Shown piece by piece: positions 33,901-48,900 of a stretch of DNA of 60,301 nucleotides (the stretch's first letter is position 1; every line of letters starts with the position of its first letter). The translations under genes and the position numbers were made by a program. The notes under the pieces were generated by a model, which saw only the letters and a list, made by a program, of their open reading frames with translations, was not told the DNA's origin and searched no databases. Origin of the DNA: Chiloscyllium plagiosum (Eukaryota); the NCBI RefSeq assembly GCF_004010195.1, contig NC_057751.1:637248-697548 (forward strand), read 5' to 3'.

Positions 33901-36900
33901 AAAATTCTTATGATGTGGGTATTAATGGTAAGGCTGGAAAATATTTCCCATCCCAAACCACATTGGATCTGACTGAAGATCATCAAAACATCAAAATCAG
34001 GAACATAAATGGCTATTTAGCCCATCAAACCTGATCTGCCACTCAATAACACTGTGGCTGATCTGACTGGATCCTTAACTTCACTTTCCTCCCATTTATA
34101 ATCCTTGACTCAGAGGGAAGTTAAGTGTCAACTATCTTGGCATGGTTCAGAACATGGACGGATGGTAGAGGACACTAGTGAGTTCATGAATCAGTGCTAA
34201 CAAGACACTGCAAACAGAATTTATTTTGAGCTGCTTTAGCTGATGTTATTACCATAGGAAATGTGACCAAATGTGAATACTGAACCAACAGTCAAACCTT
34301 ATATTGTTCACAAAAATTCCCTGTCCTTGAGCATTTGAAAATCAGGGCAGCAAGAGCACAAGCATACCACACCTTCAAGTTCCCCTTCAAATCAGACACC
34401 GTCCAGACTTGGAAACATATCACTGCCCCTTCACTTTCTCACAGTCAAAATACCCAAACTCTCTTCCGAATAACATGTGCTGAACAGCCTTGACGGTCTG
34501 ATATTCAGCTACTCCTATTTCTTGCATTCGCTGTGCATTGTTACGATGCAGCGGTGAACCCCTCTGTTAATTAAACCAAACACCCAGAAAAGCTCACCTC
34601 ACCTTGTAATCTGTTAAAACATGAGTGACAGGGAACTCCCAAATTCCCCTATTTAGAGAAAATAACATCAACTTATTTTTTTAACTCTAAAAGCAAACAT
34701 TAAATGTCAACTATTCACAACTCGAAGCCCCTTTTTCTCGAAACTGTTTATTATCTGTCTCCAACTCTATAACAATATAGTGTTCCAATAAGACACTTAA
34801 TAAATTACAGCAACTTTACTTCAAAGCTGCTGTCATTTTCTGGCTGGAGATCTCCCTGGGTCGTCTTCTTTCTCTTTATTGCGAATAAATTTCATATGAA
34901 AAGATCCCTCTGATAGAGAATATTTCCTCATTTCTTGAATCTCTCTCGATGGCCGTTGCTCTGTCTCCAATTTTCAAAATGGTCGCATTCTTATATCTCC
35001 AATATCAGATCGTCTCATCAGTTCGATGTTGGCAAAACAATAAATTCAAACTCAATTGGGTTTTAGTATCCTGGGGCATAATTTAAACTGATTGGTTAAA
35101 TTCGGATTATTGTACAAAACAGCAACCAACTCAGATATCCATTTCACAGCCAAATGTTACCTATTTTCAATTTTCCAGTACACTTTGGGACTGCCATCCA
35201 GTCTTATCACAGGGGTTTGTAAGCTCTCAGTTCAAACAGCATTCTTTCTTAAAGGTACTGTACATGTTTTCAATTTCATAACAACATGTAGTTCCCACTT
35301 GAGTTACAGTGGTTCAAAAAGAGAACACACCACCACCACATGGACAATAAATGCGAACCCAGCCAGAAAATGCTCCCCGGTAAAGAAGTATGAAAAGGGA
35401 AAGACCCAGAACTCTGCCTGTGTATCTGAACTGCAGAATCACTTGGATAGACTTTAAACTTACCGCTGCTTATAGGAGAAAGTGAGGACTGCAGATGCTG
35501 GAGATCAGAGCTGAAAATGTGGTGCTGGAAAAGTGCAGGTCAGGCAGCATCCAAGGAACAGGAGAATCGACGTTTTGGGCATAAGCCCATTCTTGAAGAA
35601 GGGCTTATGCCCGAAACGTCGATTCTCCTGTTCCTTGGATGCTGCCTGACCTGCTGTGCTTTTCCAGCACCACATTTTCAGCTCTTACCACTGCTTATAG
35701 GCTTGAAATGAACCTGGTTGATTGACACTAATTACAGAGCCAGGTATTTAATTAATAATGGGTTGAAGGGTTATGGAGACCGGGGAGGAAGGTGGTGTTG
35801 AGGCGAGATGAGATCATATTAAATAGCAGAGCAGGCTGAAGGCGCCGAATAGCCTCCTTATGCTCCAAGTTCTTAAGTTTTTAAAGAGAGGACTTCATTT
35901 TCACTTTGGTCAATTTGTGGGATTGAAATGACAGATGCTGCTACCTCCACATGTATCCGAGGACTCAGCAGGAAACTGGGAATCACATGACAATCTAATC
36001 TTGGTTTACAGAAATGTCTTCTCAATGAACATGCCTGCCTTGCTTCCTTACAGCTTTAACCCTGGCCTTGAGCTTCAGGCCTTGTTCAAACGACACACAA
36101 CTCAGATGAAGTTTTTCCAAGGATCAGTACTCAGCCCCAGTGATTTGGACAGGATTCGGGTAAGAACGTTAAGATGCTGCTTGTGTTAAGGAGATAAGAC
36201 AGAGGCTGAAGTGCACTCAGTTGCCACTCCTCTATTTATTTGGGTTAATCTACCATGAAAAAAACATCCCCTGATCTGATCTCCTGACTGCAACAAAGTA
36301 TTGCATGCTGAGGTACCCATAGCAGGTTTCTCATTGTAGGTGACTCTGTTGAGGAAATCATCACACCCGTTGTCTGGTCTCTTGGCAACGCCTTGTGGTT
36401 AGCCATATTCATTTTGGGGTCCTACACCTTTGATCAAACACCATAGAAAAAGGGCTATATTAACACAGCAGTTGTTCTTTGTTGAGTCGCGATCTTTTCC
36501 AGGAATGAGGAATTAAAGTAGAGCTGCAACAACCTTCGGACTATGACAGACAGTATTCTTGGATAATACAAAGGCATCAGTTTCAAACCTTCAGTATTTA
36601 AATCCTCAGGGCCGCTCCTGCATACACCTTTTTTAGTGGCTTGTTATATATTTTTAAAGATCCTTGAGTTTTCTATCATTCTATCGGCCAGTGCTTATTC
36701 CTGCAGTCTGCTTTCCTAATTTCCTTTTAAAGCTCCTCCTAGCCCTTTCATACTCCTCCAGAGACCCTGCTCTCAATACCTGCCACAGGCTTCTCCAGTT
36801 TCTTAATCTCTACCATTATGTCCCATGACCCCAGGGTTCATCAATCCAGGTCCCACGCTATGTCTTTCACCCCTTGAATGTCTCCTGCTGCTCTGACACA

Positions 36901-39900
36901 GTTTTATCTACAACTGGCTACTCCCAGACCGCCTTTCCCCACTTGGGAGCTTTTATTCCCAGCTTCTCCTTATCCTTTTCCATACTATCCTAAATATGAG
37001 TTATGGTCACTATCTCCAAACTGCTCCCCTACAGATTCACGTTCTACCTGCCTGGGCTCATTCCCAAAGATTAGGTCTAGAGTTGCCCCTCTCCTCTTTG
37101 GGCTCTCTAAGTACTGGCTAAAAATGTTCTCCTGGAAGGAATTTAAGAATTTAGCTCCCTCCCTGCCTTTTCTCAAATCTGTCCCAGTTAAGAACATAAG
37201 AACTAGGAGCAGGAGTAGGCCATCTGACCCTTCAAGCCTTCTCCACCTTTCCATAGGATCATACCTTTTCCTGCACTCCACACATCCATTTTCTCACCTT
37301 TTCCCCCTAACCCTTGATTCCTCCACTGATCAATTGTCAATAATTAATTCCTTCATCAGTATTGCAATTCTCCTTCTCTTCTATTCCATTTTCTATCTCA
37401 TCTGAATACCCAATAATTAGGAATAGTGAGTTACCAAACCTGCCGAACTTTCAGCTAAATCTCAATTATACCTTTGATACCATACTCCCATGTGCCTATC
37501 TGTATGCTCAGCTCATCTGTCTTATTCCTCAGGCTCCTTGCATTAAAATATACTCCATTTCACTTTGCTAAACTCACTCCTTTCTGATCTGACCTATCTA
37601 ATAGGTCAGATTCTCTCCTCTCAGATTCTCTCCTCTCAGAACTACTTGTCACGATATCGTTCCCTTGGCAGTCTAGTTTAAATTCATCAAGCAGCATTAA
37701 CAAACCTCCTCGCAGTGTTGGTCCTGGTCCTGTTCAGATGGAACTCATCCATTTTGTGAAGTTCTCACCTTTGCCAGAACCATCTCAATGCCTAAGGAAT
37801 CTAAGGCCCTCCCTTCAGCAATATCCCCCTCATCCAATATTCACTGCTGCTTGGCATCAAAACTAATGTAAACATTACTATCTGAAGTCCTTTTTTTCCA
37901 ATTTTCTACCGAACTCGTAATGCCTGCTTGCAGGATCTCATTTCCCATTCTTCCGAAGTCGTTGGTCCAATTTCGGGCCGTTCAACCTCCCCTTTCAGAA
38001 TGCCCAGCAGGTATTCCATGATATCCTGACCCTGGCCTCCAGGAGGCAATGTCCCATCCTGGGGCTACATCTCCACCCATGAAAATGCCTGTGTACTCCT
38101 CTCACTCACAAACCCTCTGCCGCTGTCATCCTTTCCCACTTTTTAGATTAGCTGACAGTGAGGAACCAGGCCCTTCAGCTCAACAAGTCCACATCGACCC
38201 TCTGAAGAGTAACCCACCTAGACCCATTCCCAAACCCTATGACTCTACATTTGCCCCTGACCAATGCACCTAACCTACTCATGCCTGAACACTATGGACA
38301 ATTTAGCATGGAGAAAGTGAGGGCTGCAGATGCTGGAGATCAGAGCTCAAAATGTGTTGCTGGAAACGCGCAGCAGGTCAGGCAGCATCCAGGAGAATCG
38401 ATGTTTTGGGCATGAGCCCTTCTCAGTTTAGCATGGCCAATTTACCTAACGTGCACATCTTTGGATTTTGGAGGAAAACTGGAGCACCCGGAGGAAATCC
38501 ACATAGACCCGGGGAGAATGTCAGGTCAGGCAGCATCCAAGGAGCAGGAGAATTGATGTTTTGGGCATGAGCCCTTCTCAGTTTAGCATGGCCAATTTAC
38601 CTAACGTGCACATCTTTGGATTTTGGAGGGAAACTGGAGCACCCGGAGGAAATCCACATAGACATGGGGAGCAAACTCCACACAGACAGTCGCCTGAGGC
38701 TGGAATTGAACCCGGGTCCCTGGTGCTGTGAGGCAGCAGTGCTAACCACTGAGCTACCCTTAAATAAATTTCCAAGAAACAAATCCAGTTTGTTGTGTTG
38801 GACTGAAACATGGCACATCCCGAACAAACTGCAGCATAAAAAGCTATCTGCCCAAGTGGCAGTGGTGGTTTTTAAAGCCACCCACATTACCATGGCCTTG
38901 GCTCTGGCTTGTTTCACAGAGAATTCTCACTCTGACTTTCCAAGGCTGAAAAATACTGTGTGAGGGGGTTTCCTCACAACCTGCCTGGTCCCCTTCTTCT
39001 GTATGCCGCTAGTCCATTCCCTCTCTGCTTGTACCTATACTTCCTTAAGCTGTGGGATGACCATATCCTGAAACATGCTGTCTAATGCACTCTAGCTGCT
39101 AAATGAGTGCTCCAGCCAGAGATACCTCCTGTTCATGGTCATCCAGGCTGCCATGAGTGTTTAGGATTTCTCATATCATACAGGATGTGCAAATCATTGG
39201 TCTGAGGGCCCCAGGCATACTCTCACTCAGCAGAATATGGATCTCTGGTTTACTTTCCCCTTAGTCCCACTTAAACACTATTGTTCTTGTCTAAATTCAT
39301 TCCAACTCACGCTCAGAGCTCTCAGTCTATATGCTTTTCTGTAAGGGTCCTCACCTCACCTGTTCATTTAAATGATACTGATCCTGGTGAAAGGGTCCTT
39401 ACCTCACCTCTTCCTCTGAAGCTCAAGCTCGTTACTGTCCAAAGCAATGAATTTATCATCCACCTCCTCCTAAACCTCCATTTGTAACCGAATCTTTTAC
39501 CATCCCAATGCTGGACAATACCATGAAAAGATAAGCCAAGAGATGAGTGGTCTGGCAAGGTCATTGCTTTTTGACAGAATGTAGCCAAATTGACTTATTA
39601 GGAGACCTCTCTGGCCCATCCTACTCCTCTTGGTCAGTACCCTCGGTCCAAACAGAAAAACAAAATTAATGGTCACCAAAAGGCCTCTCACTTCCCAAGC
39701 CTGCCCCATGATGGCTGAAGCTTCAAGGTCAGATACTTCCTCAACAGGAATTTACTGAACATGAACGTATGTAGTGCTTTAATATCATGGCTCCTGAGAA
39801 CATTTGTGGCAAGATAATTATGCATTTGTTGCTTAAGCCTCTCTGGATCTGATTGGACTCTCAGACAAATGTGATCAATGTGATTATCTATTTTAGATTT

Positions 39901-42900
39901 CCAATAATTTTTAAGGGAATAGTTCTTAACGGCATGGCTTCGTGAAAGGGATGGAAGAAAATGATGATTATTTCTTGGCAATAGCAAGAAGTGAAGAGTT
40001 TGTTCTATTTATATTTCCTATTTTGTATGAATGAATTCTTTTCCCTCTGTAGCCGGACAATGCAGATGCCTGTCTAATTTTGGCAGACAAAAACTGCCTG
40101 AATCCTGAAGCGGAAGATTCTGCAAATATCATGAGGTAGGAATTGGGTGTGGAAAGGCAGGTCAAGCTGCACTGATGCAGAACCCTGACTCCTCTGAGCA
40201 CATCACCAGAAGGCAATGGCTTTACTCAGCAGTACAATCTGTACCAAACATTTCAGCTGACTCAATGAGATTATTTCTGATGAAAATTAGTGGAGGAAGA
40301 ATTGTTGGTCAGGATGTCTGGGAGAGCTCTGCTGTCTTCATTTGAAGGGTGTCATGGAGTCTTTTGGTTCTGTGTGAACAATGGGGCAAGGTCGTAGTTT
40401 CTTCTCTCATCCAAAGATGTATTGCCCAAAGAAAAGCATTCCTGCTGTTTGCTCTGAGCTGATCTTTGATGTGACTTACATTTTTTCCTGTGCCCATCTT
40501 TCCACATGAATTAGACTTGTAGAGCCATAAAACAGACCCTTCAAATTAAATAGTCCCACCTGCCTGTATCCTTCCAAACCTGGGAGAAAGTGAGGACTGC
40601 AGATGCTGGAGATTAGTGTCTTGACTGTGGTGCTGGAAAAGCACAGCAGGTCAGGCAGCACCTGAGGAGCAGGAGAATCGATGTTTCAGGCAAAAGCCCT
40701 CCATTCCTGACGAAGGGCTTTTGCCCGAAACGTCGATTCTCCTGCTCCTCAGATGCTGCCTGATCTGCTGTGCTTTTCCAGCACCACACTCCCTCCAAAG
40801 CTTTCCTAGTCATGTATTTATCCAAATACCTTTTAAACATTGTAACTGTATCAGCATCCACTTTCTCTGGCAGTTCATTCCATACATGAATCACTCTGTG
40901 TAAAAAGTTGCCCCTCATGTGCTTTTTAAAATTCTCTCCTCTCACCTTAAAAATATACCCTCTCGTTTTGAACTCACCCAACCACGGAAAAGACCCTTGC
41001 TATTTACCTTATCTGTACCCCTCATGATTTTAACATCTCAATAAGGCTCCCCCATCAGTCTTCTATGATCCTGGGAAAAGTGTCCCAGCCAATCCAGGGC
41101 ATAGTACTGGCTCCACTTTTGTTTGTAATTTATAGAAACAATTTGGATGAGAATCTAGGAGGCATGGTTAATAAGTTTGTGCATGACACCAGAATTGGTG
41201 TCGTGGATAGTGATGAAGGTTATCAAAGATTACAAAAAGATCTTGATAAATTGGGTCAATGGGCTGTTTTAGTCACATACAATGTTGGCAAAATAGAGAG
41301 GCAGTTCTCTCTTGTGTCCTGGACAATAACGAACATATCTGTGGGAAGCGAGAGAAGTGATTGCTGGGCCCCTCGCTGAGAAATTTGTATCATCGATAGT
41401 CACAAGTGAGGTGCCAGAAGACTGGAGGTTGGCAAACGTGGTGCCACTGTTTAAGAAGGGCGGTAAAGACAAGCCAGGGAACTATAGACCGGTGAGCCTG
41501 ACGTTGGTGGTGGGCAAGTTATTGGAGGGAATCCTGAGGGACAGGATGTACATGTATTTGGAAAGGCAAGGACTGATTAGGGATAGTCAACATGGCTTTG
41601 TGCGTGGGAAATCANNNNNNNNNNNNNNNNNNNNNNNNNNNNNNNNNNNNNNNNNNNNNNNNNNNNNNNNNNNNNNNNNNNNNNNNNNNNNNNNNNNNNN
41701 NNNNNNNNNNNNNNNNNNNNNNNNNNNNNNNNNNNNNNNNNNNNNNNNNNNNNNNNNNNNNNNNNNNNNNNNNNNNNNNNNNNNNNNNNNNNNNNNNNNN
41801 NNNNNNNNNNNNNNNNNNNNNNNNNNNNNNNNNNNNNNNNNNNNNNNNNNNNNNNNGCAGGACTTATACACTTAATGGTAAGGTCCTAGGGAGTGTTGCT
41901 GAACAAAGAGACCTTGGAGTGCAGGTTCATAGCTCCTTGCAAGTGGAGTCACTGGTAGATAGGATAGTGAAGAAGGCATTTGGTATGCTTTCCTTTATTG
42001 GTCAGAGTATTGAGTACAGGAGTTGGGAGGTCATGTTGCAGCTGTACAGGACATTGGTTAGGCCACTGTTGGAATATTGTGTGCACTTCTGGTAGGTGGG
42101 ACTAGATTGGGTTGGGATATCTGGTTGGCATGGACAGGTTGGACTGAAGGGTCTGTTTTCATGCTGTACATCTCTATGACTCTATAACTATCAAGAACAC
42201 ATTTTTTTCTGGTCATTACCACACAGCTATTGGTGGGAACTTGCTGTACACAAATTGGTAGCTGCATTATTTACATTACACCGTTAGTTTCAAAGGGCAT
42301 TTCTTTGGCTGTGATATGCATTTTCTGATCTGAGCAGTTGTCATCATAATTCTCACCTCTCTCAGCTACAAATTCTCCCTCAAAGTAGCTGCTTTTTCGG
42401 GTTCTAGTCACAATTCTGTTTTCAGGGGCAATGTGGCTCAGATAGCTCAGTCATTCAGGAACAAACGAGGTGTGGATTCCTCCCATCAGTTGTTACCAGG
42501 TTGTATGAATGACACAAGTGGAAATTCAGCCAACAATTCATGAGGGACTGGTATCCTACAATCCAAAAACAGGCTGTGACAGTCCAGGTGAAGGACTGGA
42601 GATGTAAAGCCCTAAGACAGGTCAATTGGGAAATTTAACATCTTGCTCAAGCAGTTTTCACAAAAAATGTCATACATTATTGGCTGATGTAGAAATATAT
42701 GAAAAATAAGATATGACAAAAGACTATTCCATCCTTCAAAGCAGATATGTCTATCAGCAAAGCCAATCCCTTCAGTTCCCTTACTGTCCCATCAAACCAC
42801 ATCCCTCTATTCCTCGAACTCTCTCATTGAACGCCATCCCCTCATTCCCAGAACTCCCTTTCTCTATTCCATGAATTCTCTCTTAGAAGTCTATCTCTTT

Positions 42901-45900
42901 CATATCCTGTTGGTTATTTCCCACAGTACAATCACTCCAATTCTTCATCCCAAACTACCAACAGTAACTGTGTCTTGGCAGATGTGCAATGATCCACTTG
43001 TCTAACAGCTGTCAAGTGTCTTCATCTTTAACTGCTTATAACATTTTTCTTTCCTTCCTGGTTGTAGGGCAATAGCTGTCAAGCAGTACTGTCCTGAAAT
43101 AAGAGTGATTGCCCAGGTACTGCAATACCACAGCAAGGTAAGCCAGGTCATTGCTGGAGGGCTGAGAATTTGACTCTGGTGGTCTCACCCTGACACGTTG
43201 TGTGATGTCTTATAAAATCAGAATCATTTTTGGGAAAAGGGAACAATCAGGAATCCCCCACCATTTTGCCTCATTTTGCATGACCTCTAACTCACTGTTT
43301 AAGACATACCTCAGTAAGACCACTCTGGTACCTCAGATAGTAAAACATTAAGTCACCAACGTCAACTATCAGAACTGCTGTCTCATTGCAGAGACACACG
43401 ACTGGTAGTGGTTTGACCTGAGGGTCATCACACTTCAGGAAAGGGGAGAAGTTGAGAACAAGAGTCCTTCGTGGTGCACTCAGCCGGTGCAGGAATTGCA
43501 TCCACACTGTTAGCATCACTCCTCATCATAAACCAGCTATCCAGTGAACTGAGTTAACTGCTCAATAGTAGAAGATCGTTTCCCAAGGACTTGTGTTCAC
43601 AAACGAGGTTTACATTCTTACTGGCATTCAGATAAGATAATTACAATGAGGCTCTGTCTGCCCTGTTGTGTGTTTGTAAATAATCCAATAGCATGACGTC
43701 AAACATGTATTTCTCGACAGCCCTCACTCCTGACCATACCAGTCCTTTAACCTTTTGTGATTTTGCCATTTCCTATTCAAAGTGGCAACACATCACAAGT
43801 ACCTCAATAATTTTGGGATGTCCTACATTCATAAAAAGCTTTGTATCACAGCAAATTTTACATTGCTCAATCTCAGTAATCCACTTTCCACCATTTTCCT
43901 GAACCAACTAAACAAGTCCCTGGGGCTACCAGTGACCAGAAACTAAAATTGACTTGCCACTTAAACACAGTGGCTACAATAGCAGGTCAGAGTCTAGAAA
44001 TCCTGGAGTGAGTAACTCACCTCCTGACTCCCCAAAGCATGTCCACAGAATAAATAACCCTTACAGAACTCAGTCTATCTAAACTAGACTTAATTATAGT
44101 CCCAATAAGCACAACCCCTTCAAAAACACAGTAAAAAATGGAACAAATGCTTACAGGTTGAAGTTCAAAGGGCAGAAGGAGAGAGAGAGTTTTTTGCAGC
44201 CTGTTCACACAGTCCACTGCTGAACGTCTAACTAGTTCTGTACTGAAGTGCTCAGCTAGAGAGCTGACCACTCCCCTTTCATTATGCAGGTCACTTCTAA
44301 AACATGACCACTTTGGCCTGAAGTCTCATCTGTTTACCTATAAACAAAAGGCCTCTCAAAATCCTTTTTCATTTCTGTACCAAACTAGTCACCTCGGTGC
44401 TGGGAGAGTTTTATGACACCTCTGAAAAAAAATCAAGGGCACAGTATCCTTGAGAAAAGGAACAGCTTTGAGAAATAAGAAATCAGCTTTGTGACCACTC
44501 AAGAAACTTGACGCCTTGTGGAATAAAGCAATCTACTCACTGGGATCATATCCACAAAGCTTCACTCCTCCACCATCACCACCTAGCGACAGCAGTGTGT
44601 ACCATCTACAAGATGCATTGCAGTAAGTCACCAAGGTTCCTTTGACAGCATCTTCCAAACCTGGGTCCTCTATCATTGAGAAGGACAAGAGCAGCAGATA
44701 CATGGAACACCACCCTCTGCAAGTTCCCCTTCAAGCTACTCACCATCCTGACTTAGAAATATATTGCCATTCTATGAGTGTCACTGGGTCAAGATCCTGA
44801 AACTGCCTCTCTAACAGAACTATGGGTATACCAGCACTGCACGGACTGCAGCAGTTCACCACTACCTATTCTAGGTCAATTAATGTTCGTCCAGCCAGTA
44901 ACGGCCATGTAATAAATGTAATGCAAAACTGAGGTCTGCAGATGCTGGAGATCAGAGTCTAGATTAGAGTGGTGCTGGAAAAGCACAGAAGGTCAGGCAG
45001 CATCCGAGGAGCAGGAAAATCAACATTTCGGGCAAAAGCCCTTCATCAGGAATGATGTAATAAATGTTAGCCTAGCCAGCAATGGCCACATTTCCTGAAC
45101 ATAAGTAAAAACCTACACACAAACAAAGAACAAAAATAGGCCACTCAGCCCTTTAAGCCTGGTCTGCCATTCAATAAAATTATAGCTGATCTGATTTTAA
45201 ACTCAACTCTGCATTCCTGCATATACCCGACAATCTTTCATCACCTTGGTCATCAAAAAGTTATCTACCTCGGTCTCAAAAATATTTCAGGATTCTGCAT
45301 TCATAGGTATGAGAAATAAAATAATAAATGAACAAAATCCCACCTTCCCATCTTGACCTTCATTTCCCACTTTATTGACAAGATCCTTCAATTCCAACAA
45401 CTATATTTTTAACCATATTCCTAGATGCCATCTCACCCACCTTGTATCAGTGCTGTATAAGTATGTTTTTGTACTTGTGTCATTGAGATTTATGATAATT
45501 ACAGGCCTACTTGCAGAACATCCCCAGCTGGGACATGAAGAAGAGAGATAGTGTGATCTGCTTGTCGGAGTTGAAAATGGGATTTATTGCTCAAAACTGC
45601 ATCGTCCCAGGCTTCTCCACGCTGTTGGCCAATCTCTTTGTCAAGAACACCCAAGTAGTGGTAAGAAAGAGTTGCCAATAGATGCAAATCTAATCTTCCC
45701 CTGAACAGCTCGTGAGACTTGTGGGTGAGGTGTTGAGCTGAATGAATAAAATTCTAGAGACAGTTGTCAGGATGCGCAACTATCACCTCAGCCTGTACAG
45801 AAGGACCATGGGAGGGCTTGAGGACAGAGAAAAACCACCGTAGGTGTTTGCTGATGCAACAAACACCAGCTCAAAGTGAGAACATCAGGTCAGGGCTGTA

Positions 45901-48900
45901 TACCATGCACAACCAAGAATCGCAGTCAAGGGGAATCAGGGAAATAAAACTCCATTGGTTGGAGTTATACTGAGTACTTACAATAAAAAAAACTCAATTT
46001 CCTGGCATCCATCACATTCTGAGATAGTGAAATCCACAGATTCACAATCCATTGGGAGAAGGAATTTCTCCTCATCTTTGTTTTAAAAGTATAACTTCTC
46101 TATCTGGGGACATTTCTCATCGTTTCTCTTGTTTATGAAATCATGAGGGGCATGGAGAGAGTAAATAGACAAGCTCTTTTCCCTGGGGTGGGGGAGTCCA
46201 GAACTAGAGAGCTTAGGGTGAGAGGGGAAAGATATCAAAGAGACCTAAGCGGCAACTTTTTCATGAAGAGTGTGGTACGTATATGGAATGAGCTGCCAGA
46301 GGAAGTGGTGGAGGCTGGTACAATTGCAACACTTAAAAGGCATCTGGATGGATATATGAATAGGATGGGATTAGAGGGATATGGACCAAGTGCTGGTAAA
46401 TGGGACTAGATTGAGTTGGGATATCTGGTTGGCATGGATGCGCTGGGCCGAAGGGTCTGTTTCTGTGCTGTATATCTCTATGACTTTCCTACATGAAGAG
46501 ACATTCTTTCTATCTCTACGTTGTCAATCCCCTTTAGTGTCTTATACACCACAATTATATATCCTCTATTTCTTCAAAATTCCAGACCAAAGGCCTAAAC
46601 TGCTCAATTTCTGTTCATAAATTAAACCCTCATCTTTGGAATCAATTTAGTGAACCTCCTCTGAACTGCCTTCAATACAACAACACCCCTCCTCAAGTAA
46701 GAATCAGAGCGTTCAGACAAGACATTCCTTAACCCTCTCTGCAGCCATCCCAATCCCTGACAGAGAGAAAAACAACTGAGAAGACCCCACAGCAAAGAGG
46801 GAAAACGTACCCATAAATCTTCTCTTCAAGTTCCCCAGCAATTTGCTCGGGGCAGCTTTGATATCAGAGCATTGAGTCCGTTTTACATTGTAAGACCATA
46901 AAGAGGAGCAGAATTAGACCATTCAGCCTATCAAATTTGTTCTGCCACTTGATTATGGCTGATATGTTTCTCAACCCCATTCTACTGCCTTCCCTCTGTA
47001 ACCCTTGATCCCTTACCAATCAAGGACCTATCTATCTCTGTCTTAAATACACTAAGTAGTTTGGCCTCCACAGCACTTTGTTCCACAGATTCACCACTCT
47101 CTGGCTGAAGAAATGCTTCCTTATCTCAGTTGTAAAGCACTATCCTTTCACTCTGAGGCCCTCGGGTCCTTGTTTCTCCTACTGGTGGAGACATCATCTC
47201 CATTCTATTCTGGCTTCTCAGTATTCTGTCATTATCGTGGGCGGCACGGTGGCACAGCGCCAGGGACCCGGGTTCAATTCCTGCCCCAGGCGACTGACTG
47301 TGTGGAGTTTGCACATTCTCCCCGTGTCTGCGTGGGTTTCCTCCGGGCGCTCCAGTTTCCTCCCACAGTCCAAAGATGTGCAGGTCAGGTGAATTGGCCA
47401 TGCTAAATTGCCTGTAGTGTTCAGTGAAGGGGTAAATGTAGGGGAATGGGTCTGGGTGGGTTGCGCTTCGGCGGGTCGGTGTGGACTTGGGCCGAAGGGC
47501 CTGTTTCCACACTGTAAGTAATCTAATCTAATCAATCAGATTTCCCCTCATCCTTCTGAACTCCATCCTGTATGGATCCAGAGTTCTCAATTACTCCTCA
47601 TATGAAAACTCCTTGATCTCTCGGATTATTGCTGTCAGCCTCCTCTGGATCCCCTATAAAGCCATCGCATCCTTCCTTAGATACGAGGCCCAAAACTGAT
47701 CATAATATTCCAAATGCATTCTGATCAGAGCCTTCTACAGCCTCAGCACGACATCTCAGTTAATGTATCAAAATAAATGCTAATCTGGTTTAGATTTGTC
47801 CTTTTTGTGTTCAGGACATACCTGGGCAATGTTCCGTATTGTCAGATAGATGTCAGTGCTGTAACTACACTTACTGGAAGAGCTTGGCGAAGGGAGTGTC
47901 AAATTCTAGAGCACAAGACTTCAGTACTATTGTTGGAATGTTTTCAGGGCCCATAGTGTTTCCAACCATTTCTTGATAATCACGCAGAGTGAATCAAATT
48001 GACTGAAGATTGGGATGTGTGAGACTTGGGACCACTGGCAGAGGCTGAGATGGATTCACTTTGTTCAGTTTGATAATGTAAAACATGAATAGTTGTGTTC
48101 CCAAAACTGATCCCAGTGGAACTCCACTAGTCACCAGCTGCCATCCTTTCGGTGGGTTAGCTTGAAAGACTTATGAACAGTTACCAGTGAGTGAGTCTTT
48201 GAAACCATGAGCTACTTAAACACGTCTTATTGGGAATAATCCTTTTCTACAAACATAAATTTGCAGTGGGAGTATCAGTTTGAGAATTCACTCTGAATTC
48301 ACTCACAAATGTTGTATTTTCTGTCCTGAAACTTGCTTCTCTCTTTGATTTTCCTGTTGCTTATAAGTGCTTTTGCCATTTGCAGCATAAAACTGGAAAC
48401 TGGCTCGAAATCTACAAAGAAGGACTCAGCCAGGAGATTTACACCGAGTTTCTGTCTGACAGCTTCGTCGGCATGCCCTTTAATTCTGTGTGCGAGTGAG
48501 TGACTTCCCAACATTGTTGCAGCCATAATTTTGGAGTGGAACGGAGGGGGAATGTCCCCCAAAGAACTTGCTGACACTTCCTCCTAACGTTCCACATTAT
48601 ACTTAGAGTGCTACCTTTCAATAACCCTCTCCCATTGTAACAATATGATCTAAACTGCTGAAAATGTGTTGCTGGAACAGTGCAGCAGGTCAGGCAGCAT
48701 CCAGGGAACAGGAGAATTGACGTTTCGGGCATAAGCACTTCTTCAGGAAGGGTCCTGTGGCTTATGCCCAAAACGTCGATTCTCTTGTTCCCTGGATGCT
48801 GCCTGACCAGCTGCACTGTTCCAGCAACACATTTTCAGCTCTGATCTCCAGCATCTGCAGACCTCACTTTCTCCACAATATGATCTAAAGCCTGGTGAAT

